A DNA stretch of 64,000 nucleotides, from assembly GCA_031362805.1 (NCBI GenBank), contig JANLTG010000043.1, positions 5,395-69,394 of the forward strand. Reading direction: 5' to 3'. Below are positions 24,076 through 32,920 of this stretch, piece by piece (positions within the stretch are counted from its first letter, which is position 1; every line of letters starts with the position of its first letter). The notes under the pieces are model-generated. The model did no database searches, was not told where the DNA came from, and was given only the letters and a program-made list of their open reading frames with translations. The DNA comes from a bacterium (GTDB taxonomy: Bacteria; Verrucomicrobiota; Verrucomicrobiia; Limisphaerales; RI-55). The translations under genes were made by a program, and so were the position numbers.

Positions 24076-25362
24076 CTAGGCTTTGTGGAGCTGGCCGGGG
24101 TTGGTGGGGAGGCCGTGCATCGCGTTGCGGGTGTCGACGATGAGCTTAGCCCACTCAGCGAGCTGGGTGTAGTTCACGTTGGCGTGCGCGGTCGAAATCA
24201 GGACGAGATCATAGCTGGAGATCGTGGCCTGGTTCCAGTCAATGGACTTAACGCCCGCCCACTGCGGATGCTCGCGCGTGGGCCGAATGACGGGCACATA
24301 GGGATCGTGATAGGCAACATCGGCACCGCGTTGCTTGAGCAACTCGAGCAAGTGGTAGCTCGGCGATTCGCGATCGTCATCGACGTTCGCCTTGTACGAA
24401 AGGCCAAGGATCAAGATGCGACTGCCGTTCACGGGCTTCCGGACGCCGTTCAACGTCTCGGCCACGCGATTGATCACATGCTCGGGCATGTGGGTGTTGA
24501 TCTCGCCGGCGAGCTCGATGAAACGGGTGTTCTGGCCATACTCGCGCGCTTTCCAGGTCAGGTAAAAGGGATCGATGGGGATGCAGTGTCCGCCGAGGCC
24601 CGGTCCGGGATAGAAGGCCATGTAACCGAAGGGTTTGGTCTTGGCGGCGTTGATGACTTCCCAAATATCGATGCCCATGGCGGCGTAGACGACCTTGAGC
24701 TCGTTGACGAGGGCGATGTTGACGCCACGGAAGATGTTCTCAAGCAGCTTGGTGGATTCGGCGGCGCGGCAGGACGAGACGGGGACAATGGTCTTAATGG
24801 CGAGGGAATAGAGCGCCTTCGCCTTTTCCAAGCAGGCGGGAGTGTAGCCGCCGACGACCTTGGGGATGATGGCGACCTTGCTGTCGGGATTGCCGGGGTC
24901 TTCGCGTTCGGGCGAAAAGGCGAGATGGAAATCAGTGCCGGCTTTCAGGCTCGAGCCGGATTCGAGCACGGCCCGGAGATCTTCATCGGTGGTGCCGGGG
25001 TAGGTGGTGGACTCAAGAACAACCAGAATGCCCTGGTGCAAATGCGGGGCAATGCTGCGGCCGGTATCGAGGATGTAAGAGATGTCGGGTTCGCGGTTTT
25101 TGTTGAGCGGCGTGGGGACGCAGATGATGACGGCATCGACTTCCTTGACGCGGGCGAAATCGGCGGAGGCGGTGAAGCGACCGGCGGAGACCTGTTCCTG
25201 CATGGACTCGCTCGAGATGTGCTTGATGTAGGACTGGGCAGTGTTGCAGGCGGTGACTTTTTTCTGATCGATGTCGAGGCCGAGGACCTTGGCGCCGGAG
25301 CGGGCGAACTGGAGGCAGAGCGGGAGACCGACGTAACCGAGGCCGACGATGGCGATTTTCAT
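24076..25362 (-). CDS. UDP-N-acetyl-hexosamine 6-dehydrogenase (WbpA/WecC/TviB family)
   Basis: 428 aa. MKIAIVGLGYVGLPLCLQFARSGAKVLGLDIDQKKV... and ...GPGLGGHCIPIDPFYL are typical of the WbpA/TviB branch of nucleotide-sugar dehydrogenases. Confidence 0.8.
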   Translation of the reverse strand: MKIAIVGLGYVGLPLCLQFARSGAKVLGLDIDQKKVTACNTAQSYIKHISSESMQEQVSAGRFTASADFARVKEVDAVIICVPTPLNKNREPDISYILDTGRSIAPHLHQGILVVLESTTYPGTTDEDLRAVLESGSSLKAGTDFHLAFSPEREDPGNPDSKVAIIPKVVGGYTPACLEKAKALYSLAIKTIVPVSSCRAAESTKLLENIFRGVNIALVNELKVVYAAMGIDIWEVINAAKTKPFGYMAFYPGPGLGGHCIPIDPFYLTWKAREYGQNTRFIELAGEINTHMPEHVINRVAETLNGVRKPVNGSRILILGLSYKANVDDDRESPSYHLLELLKQRGADVAYHDPYVPVIRPTREHPQWAGVKSIDWNQATISSYDLVLISTAHANVNYTQLAEWAKLIVDTRNAMHGLPTNPGQLHKA

Positions 25363-25892
25363 AAAAGTAGAAAGCAGAAAGCAGAAAGCAGAAAGCGGAA
25401 ATTGTGGGCGGAGCTTTTACGCGAATTTCGCGAATTCACACGAATACAAAGCTGAAGTGGCCGCGAAAAGGCACAAAGGACACAAAAGCGGAGACAAAAA
25501 ATCGAACATCGAACACTCAACTTTCAACGTTCAACTACCAGGGCGAGGACGAGGATGACGGTGGACGGTGGACGGTGGACGGTGGACGGTGGACGGTGGA
25601 CGGTGGATCCCTCTCAATAACTGAAAGCGGAAAGCGGAGAGCTGAAATTGTGGGCGGAGTTTTTACGCGAATTTCGCGAATTAATACGAATCAACGCCAA
25701 GCTGAACTAGCCGCGAAAGAGCACATAAGGCGCACAGTCTGTTTAACAGGAGCTAACGGAGTGAGGGTCGAAAACGGGAAAACTTGAAGACACGAAAACG
25801 AGTGCCGGGCCGAAGACCGGCGCTCCCCACCTGCTGACGAGGCCTGGAGTTTCAGTTGATTTGGGACTCGTGTAACTCGTCCCTCCGGATGG
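25363..25892. repeat. Mosaic repeat spacer with a ~246-bp internal duplication
   Basis: The block (AGAAAGC)n-GGAAATTGTGGGCGGAG-TTTTACGCGAATTTCGCGAATT.A.ACGAAT...GCCGCGAAA.GCACA.AAGG occurs at about 25366-25490 and again at about 25621-25745. A (GACGGTG)7 array lies between the copies, and a 125-bp element lies at the right end. Confidence 0.9.
25557..25607. repeat. Perfect tandem heptamer (GACGGTG)x7
   Basis: Counted base by base: 25557-25605 holds seven exact units, plus a partial GA. Confidence 0.95.
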
Positions 25893-28097
25893 TTAGGCGA
25901 TTTCGGGCTGGAGCCATTTCATGGCGCTGGCGGGGAGACGGTTCACGACGCCGGCGACGTCGGCGTGTTGCTGTCGCATGAGCTCGGTGGCGCGCTTGAC
26001 GGCATCGCGATTGGTCTTACCGGGTTCGACGAGCAACAGAACCTTATCCATGAAGCCCGAGAGGGCGACCGTGGCGCTGGTCTGTTTCACGGCCGGCATA
26101 TCAAAGATGATATAATCGAAGTCGCTGGAACGCATCTTGGGCAACATTTCATAGAACTTGGCGGGAACGAGGGGGGTGAGCTCGCCGTTGCGCTCGGTGC
26201 CGGTGGCCAAATAAAGGTTGTCGTACTGGCCGTGAGCAGCCTTTTGCCCGGGAAGGAAGAGGTCAGAGAGTGAGGAGGCGAGGTTGCCGCGGAAGAAAGG
26301 ATGCATCTCGGGTCGGGCGACATTCATGTCCACCAGGAGCACCTTGCCCTCGCCAGTCTCAGAAAGTGAAGCGGCCAGGCTGGCGGCGAGGGTGGTGGTG
26401 CCGGCGCCCTCGCTACAACTGGTCACAGCCACGAGCTTGGGCTTGTGATGAATGTTCTTGAGCTGGAAATACATGATCAAACGATCACGCAGGGCATCGG
26501 AGTAGGGGCGGATAAAGTGGCTGACCTCCCACGGGGCGCGCACGGGACGAGCACCCAAACCGGCGGATCCTTCACCCGATCCGTTGGTAAGCAACCGGAC
26601 GGGCTCGCGATCCGACAGGAGCGGAATGGACATGAACATGGGGAGCTGGAGGCGGGTTTCGATCTCCAGGGCACTGCGAATGGATTGATCGAAGACTAGT
26701 TCGCGGAGAAAGACGATACCCAGACCGAGCGCCAGGCCAAGCGCAGCCGCAGCACCACAGACCTTCAGGCGCTTACCGGCGGACTTTATCGGGACCGAGG
26801 GATTTTGAAGGACATTTATGTTAGGCATCTTGCTGGGATCCAAGGTCTCATTAACGCGGGCCCCACGGAGGGCGATCAACGATTGTTCATACGATTTTTC
26901 GTCAAGCTGGAGAGTCCGCTCAAGATCCGTTAGCTCATTTTCGGAAGCCGCAATAGCGCTTCGGCGATGGTTTAGCTCGCCCAACCGGCTCTCCAATGAC
27001 TGGAGGTGAGCGCGGGCCGCCGGAATGGCGGCGCGTTCAAGCGAGAAATCAGGGGCGGCGATGGCCGGCGCTCCGGGGTCGGTAACGGTTCGTTGCACCG
27101 CGAGCAGGGCGGGATGGGCGACTTCGAGGTTTTTCTTTTCCAGATCGGCATCGGCGATCTCCGCGCGCACTTGCTTTACCTGCGGATGCTCGCCGGTGTA
27201 CTGGCCGACCAGATCCAATTCACGGGCGCGAAAGCGCTCCAAGCGCAAGCTGACCGTGCGATACTGTTCGAGGATAGCGCCATCAACCGGGGCGGCGGCC
27301 TCCAACACAGTGTTGGTAGCGACACCATTGCCCGACGGTTGCTTTTGCAGCTCGCCCAAACGGGCCTCGGATTCGGCGAGCTCGGCCTTCATTTGGCCGA
27401 TATCCGTTTCGATCGCGGCGATCTGGGTGGAAAGCTGGGTCTTGGTTTCAGCAAGAGTCGTCACACCCAAACGCTCTTTCAGGGCACTCAACTTGGACTG
27501 ATTCTCCTTGATGCGCACGCTCATGGCATCGGTTTCCCGAACCAGATTATCATAAGAGCCTTCGGAACTATGAGCCGCGATATGTTTCTGGCGGTAGCGC
27601 TTGACGATCTCCTCCAGAACCCGTTGAGCAACGGACGGTCGGGGATTGGAATAGGTTAACGCGATGACACTGCCTACCCGGGAGGCTTGTACTTTCAAGT
27701 TTTCCCGAATCTGCCTAGCGGCCACCATAATCCCGTTGGTAGTCTCCCGACCGTTGAGAATTTCCGTGGGGCCGATTCCTTCGGCAACTTCCTGGGCCAA
27801 ATCCCAACTGCCAAGGATTTCCGCTTCGGTGTTCATCAAGCCCTCGCCCCGGGCGTCGAGCGACCGGACCTGAACCCCACTATCGCTGGGCACACTTGCG
27901 GGCTGTTCCATGATATAGCGGACGTAAAGCTTAGCGGTCGATTCGTAGGACGGCACTACCAGGAAAAAGAGCGCAACAGCGGCAGCCAGACCCAGAACAG
28001 AGCAAAGGATGATCGTCCACTTGTTGCGAATGAGGATGAGCAGGACCTCGCGCGGGCCGAGCGCGGGGCCGGAGGAAGGTGGCTGGTTGGGATTCAA
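25893..28097 (-). CDS. Polysaccharide co-polymerase / tyrosine autokinase-like protein (Wzc/GumC/EpsG type)
   Basis: 734 aa with an apparent TTG start. An N-terminal Wzz-type domain with a TM helix is followed by long coiled-coil segments and a second TM. The C-terminal P-loop domain reads VAVTSCSEGAGTTTLAASLAASLS...VLLVDMN. No obvious Tyr-rich tail is present. Confidence 0.8.
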   Translation of the reverse strand: MNPNQPPSSGPALGPREVLLILIRNKWTIILCSVLGLAAAVALFFLVVPSYESTAKLYVRYIMEQPASVPSDSGVQVRSLDARGEGLMNTEAEILGSWDLAQEVAEGIGPTEILNGRETTNGIMVAARQIRENLKVQASRVGSVIALTYSNPRPSVAQRVLEEIVKRYRQKHIAAHSSEGSYDNLVRETDAMSVRIKENQSKLSALKERLGVTTLAETKTQLSTQIAAIETDIGQMKAELAESEARLGELQKQPSGNGVATNTVLEAAAPVDGAILEQYRTVSLRLERFRARELDLVGQYTGEHPQVKQVRAEIADADLEKKNLEVAHPALLAVQRTVTDPGAPAIAAPDFSLERAAIPAARAHLQSLESRLGELNHRRSAIAASENELTDLERTLQLDEKSYEQSLIALRGARVNETLDPSKMPNINVLQNPSVPIKSAGKRLKVCGAAAALGLALGLGIVFLRELVFDQSIRSALEIETRLQLPMFMSIPLLSDREPVRLLTNGSGEGSAGLGARPVRAPWEVSHFIRPYSDALRDRLIMYFQLKNIHHKPKLVAVTSCSEGAGTTTLAASLAASLSETGEGKVLLVDMNVARPEMHPFFRGNLASSLSDLFLPGQKAAHGQYDNLYLATGTERNGELTPLVPAKFYEMLPKMRSSDFDYIIFDMPAVKQTSATVALSGFMDKVLLLVEPGKTNRDAVKRATELMRQQHADVAGVVNRLPASAMKWLQPEIA

Positions 28098-28973
28098 AGC
28101 GGTAGAGTTCAGAGATCCGACATCAAAGGCAGTTTAACCACTAATGCACACTAATCGATACGAATCTATGGGAGAGGGACAGGTGACAGGGGGTGAGTGT
28201 TCAGCCGAGGAAGGAGACCCGGTGAGGAGGCGAAGGAAAACAGCGAACGCTCAACGTTCAACGTTCAACATTCAACATTCAACGTTCAACCACCAAGGCG
28301 AGGCCGAAGGAGTTCGGAGTTTTTACGCGAATTTCGCGAATTAACACGAATCAACGCCAAGCTGAATTAGCCGCGAAAGAGCACATAAGGCGCAAAGATC
28401 GGTTAACAGGAGCGTGCGAAGGGGGACAAAACATCGAACATTCAACATTCAACATTCAAATGCCGAGGAGGAGGACGTCTTCAAAAGCAGAGAGCTGAGA
28501 CTTTTAACCGCAGATGGACGCAGATGGGGACTGCCGGCTGGCAGCGCGGCAGCACTTTGCAAGCGAGGCCGAGGGGGCCAATGAAGGAGCGGAAATGGAA
28601 ACCACGAATCAACACTAACTGACACGAATTCTTAAACCGCAGATGGACGCGGAGGAGCGGACAGGACTGGAAAACAAGAAAACTTGAAGACACGAAAACG
28701 AGTGCCAGGCCGAAGACCGGCGCTCCCCACCGGCTGACGAAGCCCGGAGTTTAAGTTGATTGGGGACTCGTGGAACTCGTCCCTCCGGATGATCGAGGAC
28801 GATTGTCAAAAACAGAAAGCGGAAAGCGGAGAGCTGAAATGTTTAACGGCAGATGAACACAGATGGACGCAGATGGGGACTGCCGGCTGGCAGCGCGGCA
28901 GCACTTTGCAGGCGAGGCCGAGGCGGCCAATGAAGGAGCGGAAATGGAAACCAAGAATTGACGCCAAGCTGAA
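28098..28973. repeat. 876-bp mosaic repeat spacer with a ~349-bp higher-order duplication
   Basis: An 8-unit AAC-heptad array spans 28239-28294. TTTACGCGAATTTCGCGAATTAACACGAAT begins at 28321. CAGATGGGGACTGCCGGCTGGCAGCGCGGCAGCACTTTGCA.GCGAGGCCGAGG.GGCCAATGAAGGAGCGGAAATGGAAACCA occurs at 28521 and again at 28870. The second copy of the 125-bp element spans 28668-28792. Confidence 0.9.
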
Positions 28974-30107
28974 TCAGACGGAAGCGCTGGACTTGTTGGC
29001 CGGGAGTTTTTGGAGGACTTCGGCGAGGGCCTCGGCGACGCGGCGCAGTTGAGCCTCGGTGAGCTCGGGGAACATGGGCAGTGAGAGGAAGCCGTCTGCG
29101 CACCGCTCGGAAACGGGCAGGGAACCGGCGGGAACCCCCAAGTGCTCGTAGGCTTTCATACGATGCACGGGAACCGGATAATGGATGCCACAGGAGACGC
29201 CGGCGGTGTTCATGGCGTTCAGAACGGCATCGCGATGCGCGACCCGAATGGCGTAGATGTGAAAGACGGGCTGGGCGTAGTCCGCAACGGTGGGGCGGAT
29301 GACGGGGAGCTCGCGGAGTAATTCGTGATAGACGGCGGCGTGCTGGCGGCGGAGTTCATTGCCGCGAGCAAGGTGCTTGAGCTTGGCGCTAAGCACGACG
29401 GCTTGCAGGCCGTCCATGCGGGCGTTCCAACCATCGAGGACATGGTCGTATTTCTTGCGCTGGCCGTGATCGCGGAAGAGCCGGATGTAATCCGCGACGT
29501 CGTCGCGATTGGTAATGACACCACCCGCCTCACCGAAGGCGCCCAGGTTTTTGCCAGGATAGAAACTGAAACAGCCGGCATCGCCCAAGGTGCCGATGGG
29601 GCGACCCTGGTAACGCGCGCCGTGGGCCTGGCAGGCATCCTCGACGACGGCGAGCCCGTGCTTCTTCGCAATGGCAAGGATGGGGTCCATGTCGGCCGGT
29701 TGACCGAAGAGATGAACAGGAACAATCGCGCGGGTCTTCGGGGTGATGGCGGCCTCGATCAGTGACGGATCCATCGTATAGGTCTTTTCGTCAACATCGA
29801 CGAAGACCGGGCGAGCGCCGCAGTGGGTGATGGCCTCGACGGTGGCCATGAAGGTGGCGCTGACGGTGATTACTTCATCGCCCGGTTTGACGCCGACGGC
29901 ATATAGGGCGGCCCAGAGAGCGTCGGTGCCGTTGGCGACGCCGAGGGAGTGTTTGGCCTCGCAGAAGGCCGCGAACTCGCGATCGAATTGATCAACGAAC
30001 TTGCCACCAGCGAAGGCGCAGGAGGCGATGACTTCGTCAAAGGCCCGGTGAATCTCGGGGAGCAACGGTTGGTGATGGAGCTGGAGATCGAGGAAGGGAA
30101 CTTTCAT
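28974..30107 (-). CDS. DegT/DnrJ/EryC1/StrS-family PLP-dependent sugar aminotransferase (WbpE-like)
   Basis: 377 aa. Shows MKVPFLDLQLHHQPLLPEI..., GDEVITVSATFMATVEAI and the CFSFYPGKNLGAFGEAG Lys motif. Confidence 0.9.
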   Translation of the reverse strand: MKVPFLDLQLHHQPLLPEIHRAFDEVIASCAFAGGKFVDQFDREFAAFCEAKHSLGVANGTDALWAALYAVGVKPGDEVITVSATFMATVEAITHCGARPVFVDVDEKTYTMDPSLIEAAITPKTRAIVPVHLFGQPADMDPILAIAKKHGLAVVEDACQAHGARYQGRPIGTLGDAGCFSFYPGKNLGAFGEAGGVITNRDDVADYIRLFRDHGQRKKYDHVLDGWNARMDGLQAVVLSAKLKHLARGNELRRQHAAVYHELLRELPVIRPTVADYAQPVFHIYAIRVAHRDAVLNAMNTAGVSCGIHYPVPVHRMKAYEHLGVPAGSLPVSERCADGFLSLPMFPELTEAQLRRVAEALAEVLQKLPANKSSASV

Positions 30108-31168
30108 AGGATAAAGCGGAAAGCAGAGGACCGAAGACCGACGACGGAAAACAGCGAACGCTCAACGCTCAACGTTCAACTTTCCACATTCAACCGCCAA
30201 GGCGACGCGAAGGTGACCGGAGTTTTTACGCGAATTGCACGAATTCACACGAATGCCGGAGAGATCAATCGACCGACGGTTTTCCAACGCCACAAGACGA
30301 GGCGGTCTCGGAGAGACGCGCCCCACCGTATTCAAACACAGATGGTCGCAGATGAGCGGGTGAGTGGAGACGAACGAAAACAGCGAACGCTCAACGTTCA
30401 ACGTTCAACGTTCAAAGCAGTTATTTACGAAGACACAAAGAACGCGGAGCGAGGAACAAGGATCGAAAACGGGAAAACTTGAAGACGTGAAAACGAGTGC
30501 CGGTTCGGAGACCGGCGCTCCCCAAGCGAGGACGACGACGAAATGGGAACCAAAGTTTTACGCGAATTGCACGAATTCACACGAATGCCGGAGAGATCAA
30601 TCGGCCGACGGGATTTCCAACGCCATAAGACGAGGCGGTCTCGGAGAGAACCGCCCCACCGTGTTTAACCGCGGATGCTTCAAAAACAGAAAACGGAGAG
30701 CAGCGAGTCGAAATTTTAACCACAGATGAACACAGACGAACACAGATGGACGCAGATGAGCGGGTGAAGGAGTGTTGGAGTGAGTGGCGAGGACCGACGA
30801 CGGAGGACAAGGAACATTCAACGTTCAACGCTCAACATCCAACCGCCAGGTGAGGGAGAAGGTGATCAGAGTTTCTACGCGAATTAACACGAATTAGCGC
30901 AAATAAGTGCTGAGTCTGTTACCACAGTGGCGCGAAGCTTTTAACCACGGAGGTAAGAAGAACACGAAGTCGGTTGGCCACGAAAGGGCGCAAAGAACGC
31001 AAAGTCCGGTTAACAGGAGCGTGCGAAGGGGGACAAAACATCGTACATCGAAGGCTAGGCGCGCCCGGAGGATCGCGCCCCACCTGGAACAAGGCCAGGA
31101 ACATCGAACATTCAACGCTCAAGGTCCACTATCCAGGTCGCAGGGAAGATAGTGGCAATCAACGGGAG
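30108..31168. repeat. 1.06-kb mosaic repeat spacer with a ~332-bp duplication
   Basis: A 10-unit xAC heptad array spans 30129-30198. The segment TTTTACGCGAATTGCACGAATTCACACGAATGCCGGAGAGATCAATCG.CCGACGG..TTTCCAACGCCA.AAGACGAGGCGGTCTCGGAGAGA..CGCCCCACCGT, about 125 nt long, occurs at 30225 and again at 30557. A third, partial copy of the 125-bp element spans 30463-30525. Decamer ACRCAGAYGR repeats span 30725-30760. Confidence 0.9.
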
Positions 31169-31672
31169 TTAGGCGGGCACTTCGGGGTCGGTGATGGATC
31201 GGAGAACGCGGGCGGGGTTGCCGGCAACGATGACCCCGGGCGGGACATCCTTCGTGACGACGCTGCCGGCGCCCACGATGGATTTCTCACCCACGGTGAT
31301 GCCGCCCAAAAGCGTGGAACCGGAACCGATGGACGCACCGCGCTTGATCAGCGTCTGCTGGCAGGCCCAATCCGCCTCCGTCTGAAGCGCGCCCGAGACC
31401 GCGGTGGCGCGGGGGAAACGGTCGTTTACAAAGGTGACGCCGTGGCCTACGAAGACTTCGTCTTCGATCGTGATTCCTTCGCAGATGAACGTGTGGCTGG
31501 AGATCTTGCAGCGGGCGCCGATCCGGGCACCCTTTTGAATTTCAACGAAAGTGCCGATCTTCGTTTCATCGCCAATTTCGCAACCGTAGAGATTGACGAA
31601 GGCGAACAGTTTGACGCCGCGTCCGAGTTTGACGTCAGGCGAAATACGGACAGTGGAAGTCGCGCTTTCCAT
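31169..31672 (-). CDS. Left-handed beta-helix N-acetyltransferase (WbpD-like)
   Basis: The ATG at 31672 gives MESATSTVRISPDVKLGRGVKLFAFVNLYGCEIGDETKIGTFVEIQKGARIGARCKISSHTFICEGITIEDEVFVGHGVTFVNDRFPRA.... This is a hexapeptide fold like the WbpD/acetyltransferases of diacetamido-sugar pathways. Confidence 0.75.
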   Translation of the reverse strand: MESATSTVRISPDVKLGRGVKLFAFVNLYGCEIGDETKIGTFVEIQKGARIGARCKISSHTFICEGITIEDEVFVGHGVTFVNDRFPRATAVSGALQTEADWACQQTLIKRGASIGSGSTLLGGITVGEKSIVGAGSVVTKDVPPGVIVAGNPARVLRSITDPEVPA

Positions 31673-31708
31673 AGAGCCAGGTCGAAAGGTTCGCACAAGA
31701 GCAGGGGA

Positions 31709-32893
31709 TCAAGACGCCGAAAAAGCTGAGGGCTGAACCGGCGAGGGTGCCGAACCAGCCAGGGGAACTGCTGCGGGTGCAGGCTCCACGGGCGTGGGGC
31801 ATTCCGTGAGACGCGGGGCTCCCGAGGCCGCGAGGCGGTGATGCAGGCCGGCCGGGGCAGAGGCTTCGGTGGACAAGAATGGAATGGCGGCGCCGTTCTG
31901 ACGGAGGGAAATGGATGCGGCCTCGAGAATGCGAACCAACTGCAGACCCTCCAAGCCGCTGGAGATCGGTTTGCGACCCTCGTTGATGCAATCGAGGAAG
32001 TGCTGGCATTCCACTTTCAACGGTTCCTCCTGCTTGATGTAGGGGACGTGAAGATCGCCGTAATGATACGAATACTGAAATTCAGCGAAGGTGTCGTAGT
32101 GCGGCGGGCGATCGACGCGGGCATCGTAGATCTTGATTTTTTCAAGCGGCTGAAGGTCGTCATAGACAATCATGCGCTTGGTGCCGACGATCGTCATCTC
32201 GCGGACCTTGCGCGGGTCCAACCAACTGTTTTGAACCGTCGCAAACCGGCCATTGCGGAAGGAAAGGGAGAGGTTGATGATATCCTCAATGCCCACCGTG
32301 ACATTGGCGTTGCCCTGGCAGTTTACGGAGAGCGGATGCTCCTCCAGGATGTAAAGAATGATCGAGAGGTCGTGCGGAGCGAGATCCCACATGACGTTGA
32401 TATCCTTCTGAAAGAGGCCGAGATTCAAACGCCGGGAGCTGATGTAACAAAGGTCGCCAATGTCGCCGCGGTCGACGATCTCCTTGATCTTCCGGACGGG
32501 GGACGAATAAAGGAACGTGTGGCCGATCATGACCACGAGCCCCTTCCGCGCAGCGATCTCGTTGAGCTCCTCACATTGCGCGGCGGAACTGGCCATCGGC
32601 TTTTCAATGAAGACATGCTTGCCTGCCATCAGGACCTGGCGAGCCATCGGGTAATGAAACCGGACGGACGTCGCGACGACGATGGCATCCAGCTCCGGGT
32701 CCTCGATCAAATCCTCGAGCCGGCTCGTGGTTTGGACCGCGGGATACAGCTCCTTCATGTGGCGGAGCCGGGCTTCACTGAGATCGCAAACCGTCTTAAG
32801 ACGGCACCCCCCCAGGTTATTGAAGTTGCGGATCAGGTTGGGACCCCAATAGCCGCAGCCAACCACGCCGATGTTGATCTTCTTGTGAGTCAT
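31709..32893 (-). CDS. Gfo/Idh/MocA-family NAD-dependent sugar oxidoreductase (WbpB-like) with a low-complexity C-terminal tail
   Basis: The N-terminus reads MTHKKINIGVVGCGYWGPNLIRNF...DAIVVATSVRFHYPMARQVLMAGKHVFIEKPMA. The last ~60 aa (…PAGLHHRLAASGAPRLTECPTPVEPAPAAVPLAGSAPSPVQPSAFSAS) are P/A-rich and end in repeat-like sequence. Confidence 0.75.
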   Translation of the reverse strand: MTHKKINIGVVGCGYWGPNLIRNFNNLGGCRLKTVCDLSEARLRHMKELYPAVQTTSRLEDLIEDPELDAIVVATSVRFHYPMARQVLMAGKHVFIEKPMASSAAQCEELNEIAARKGLVVMIGHTFLYSSPVRKIKEIVDRGDIGDLCYISSRRLNLGLFQKDINVMWDLAPHDLSIILYILEEHPLSVNCQGNANVTVGIEDIINLSLSFRNGRFATVQNSWLDPRKVREMTIVGTKRMIVYDDLQPLEKIKIYDARVDRPPHYDTFAEFQYSYHYGDLHVPYIKQEEPLKVECQHFLDCINEGRKPISSGLEGLQLVRILEAASISLRQNGAAIPFLSTEASAPAGLHHRLAASGAPRLTECPTPVEPAPAAVPLAGSAPSPVQPSAFSAS

Positions 32894-32920
32894 ACGCAGA
32901 TAAACGCGGCCGCCCGGCTT

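Noticed and set aside
24085-25455. Long antisense ORFs opposite real genes (24085..25455 +, 35361..36353 +, 38379..39527 +, 39549..41321 +, 44522..46081 -, 52960..54216 -, 46842..47636 -, 37825..38634 -)
   Set aside because: Their translations are Arg/Gly/Ala/Asp-rich with no recognisable motifs. In every case the opposite strand encodes a protein with strong family signatures (WbpA-like, EEP, DnaE, SPFH, AcrB, PrsK, FtsX).
28545-28562. Sigma-54-like motif CGGCAGCACTTTGCA inside the duplicated module (also near 28895), and TGGCAGCACGTTTGG at 1726
   Set aside because: At 28545 the GG-to-GC spacing is 9 nt rather than the strict 10, and at 1726 the -12 box is TTGG. All lie on the plus strand with no downstream plus-strand gene.
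25363-31168. Possible CRISPR arrays in the repeat-rich spacers
   Set aside because: No constant 25-40-nt repeat alternates with unique spacers. Periodicities are 7, 9 and 10 nt, or 250-350-bp composite duplications. No cas genes are present.
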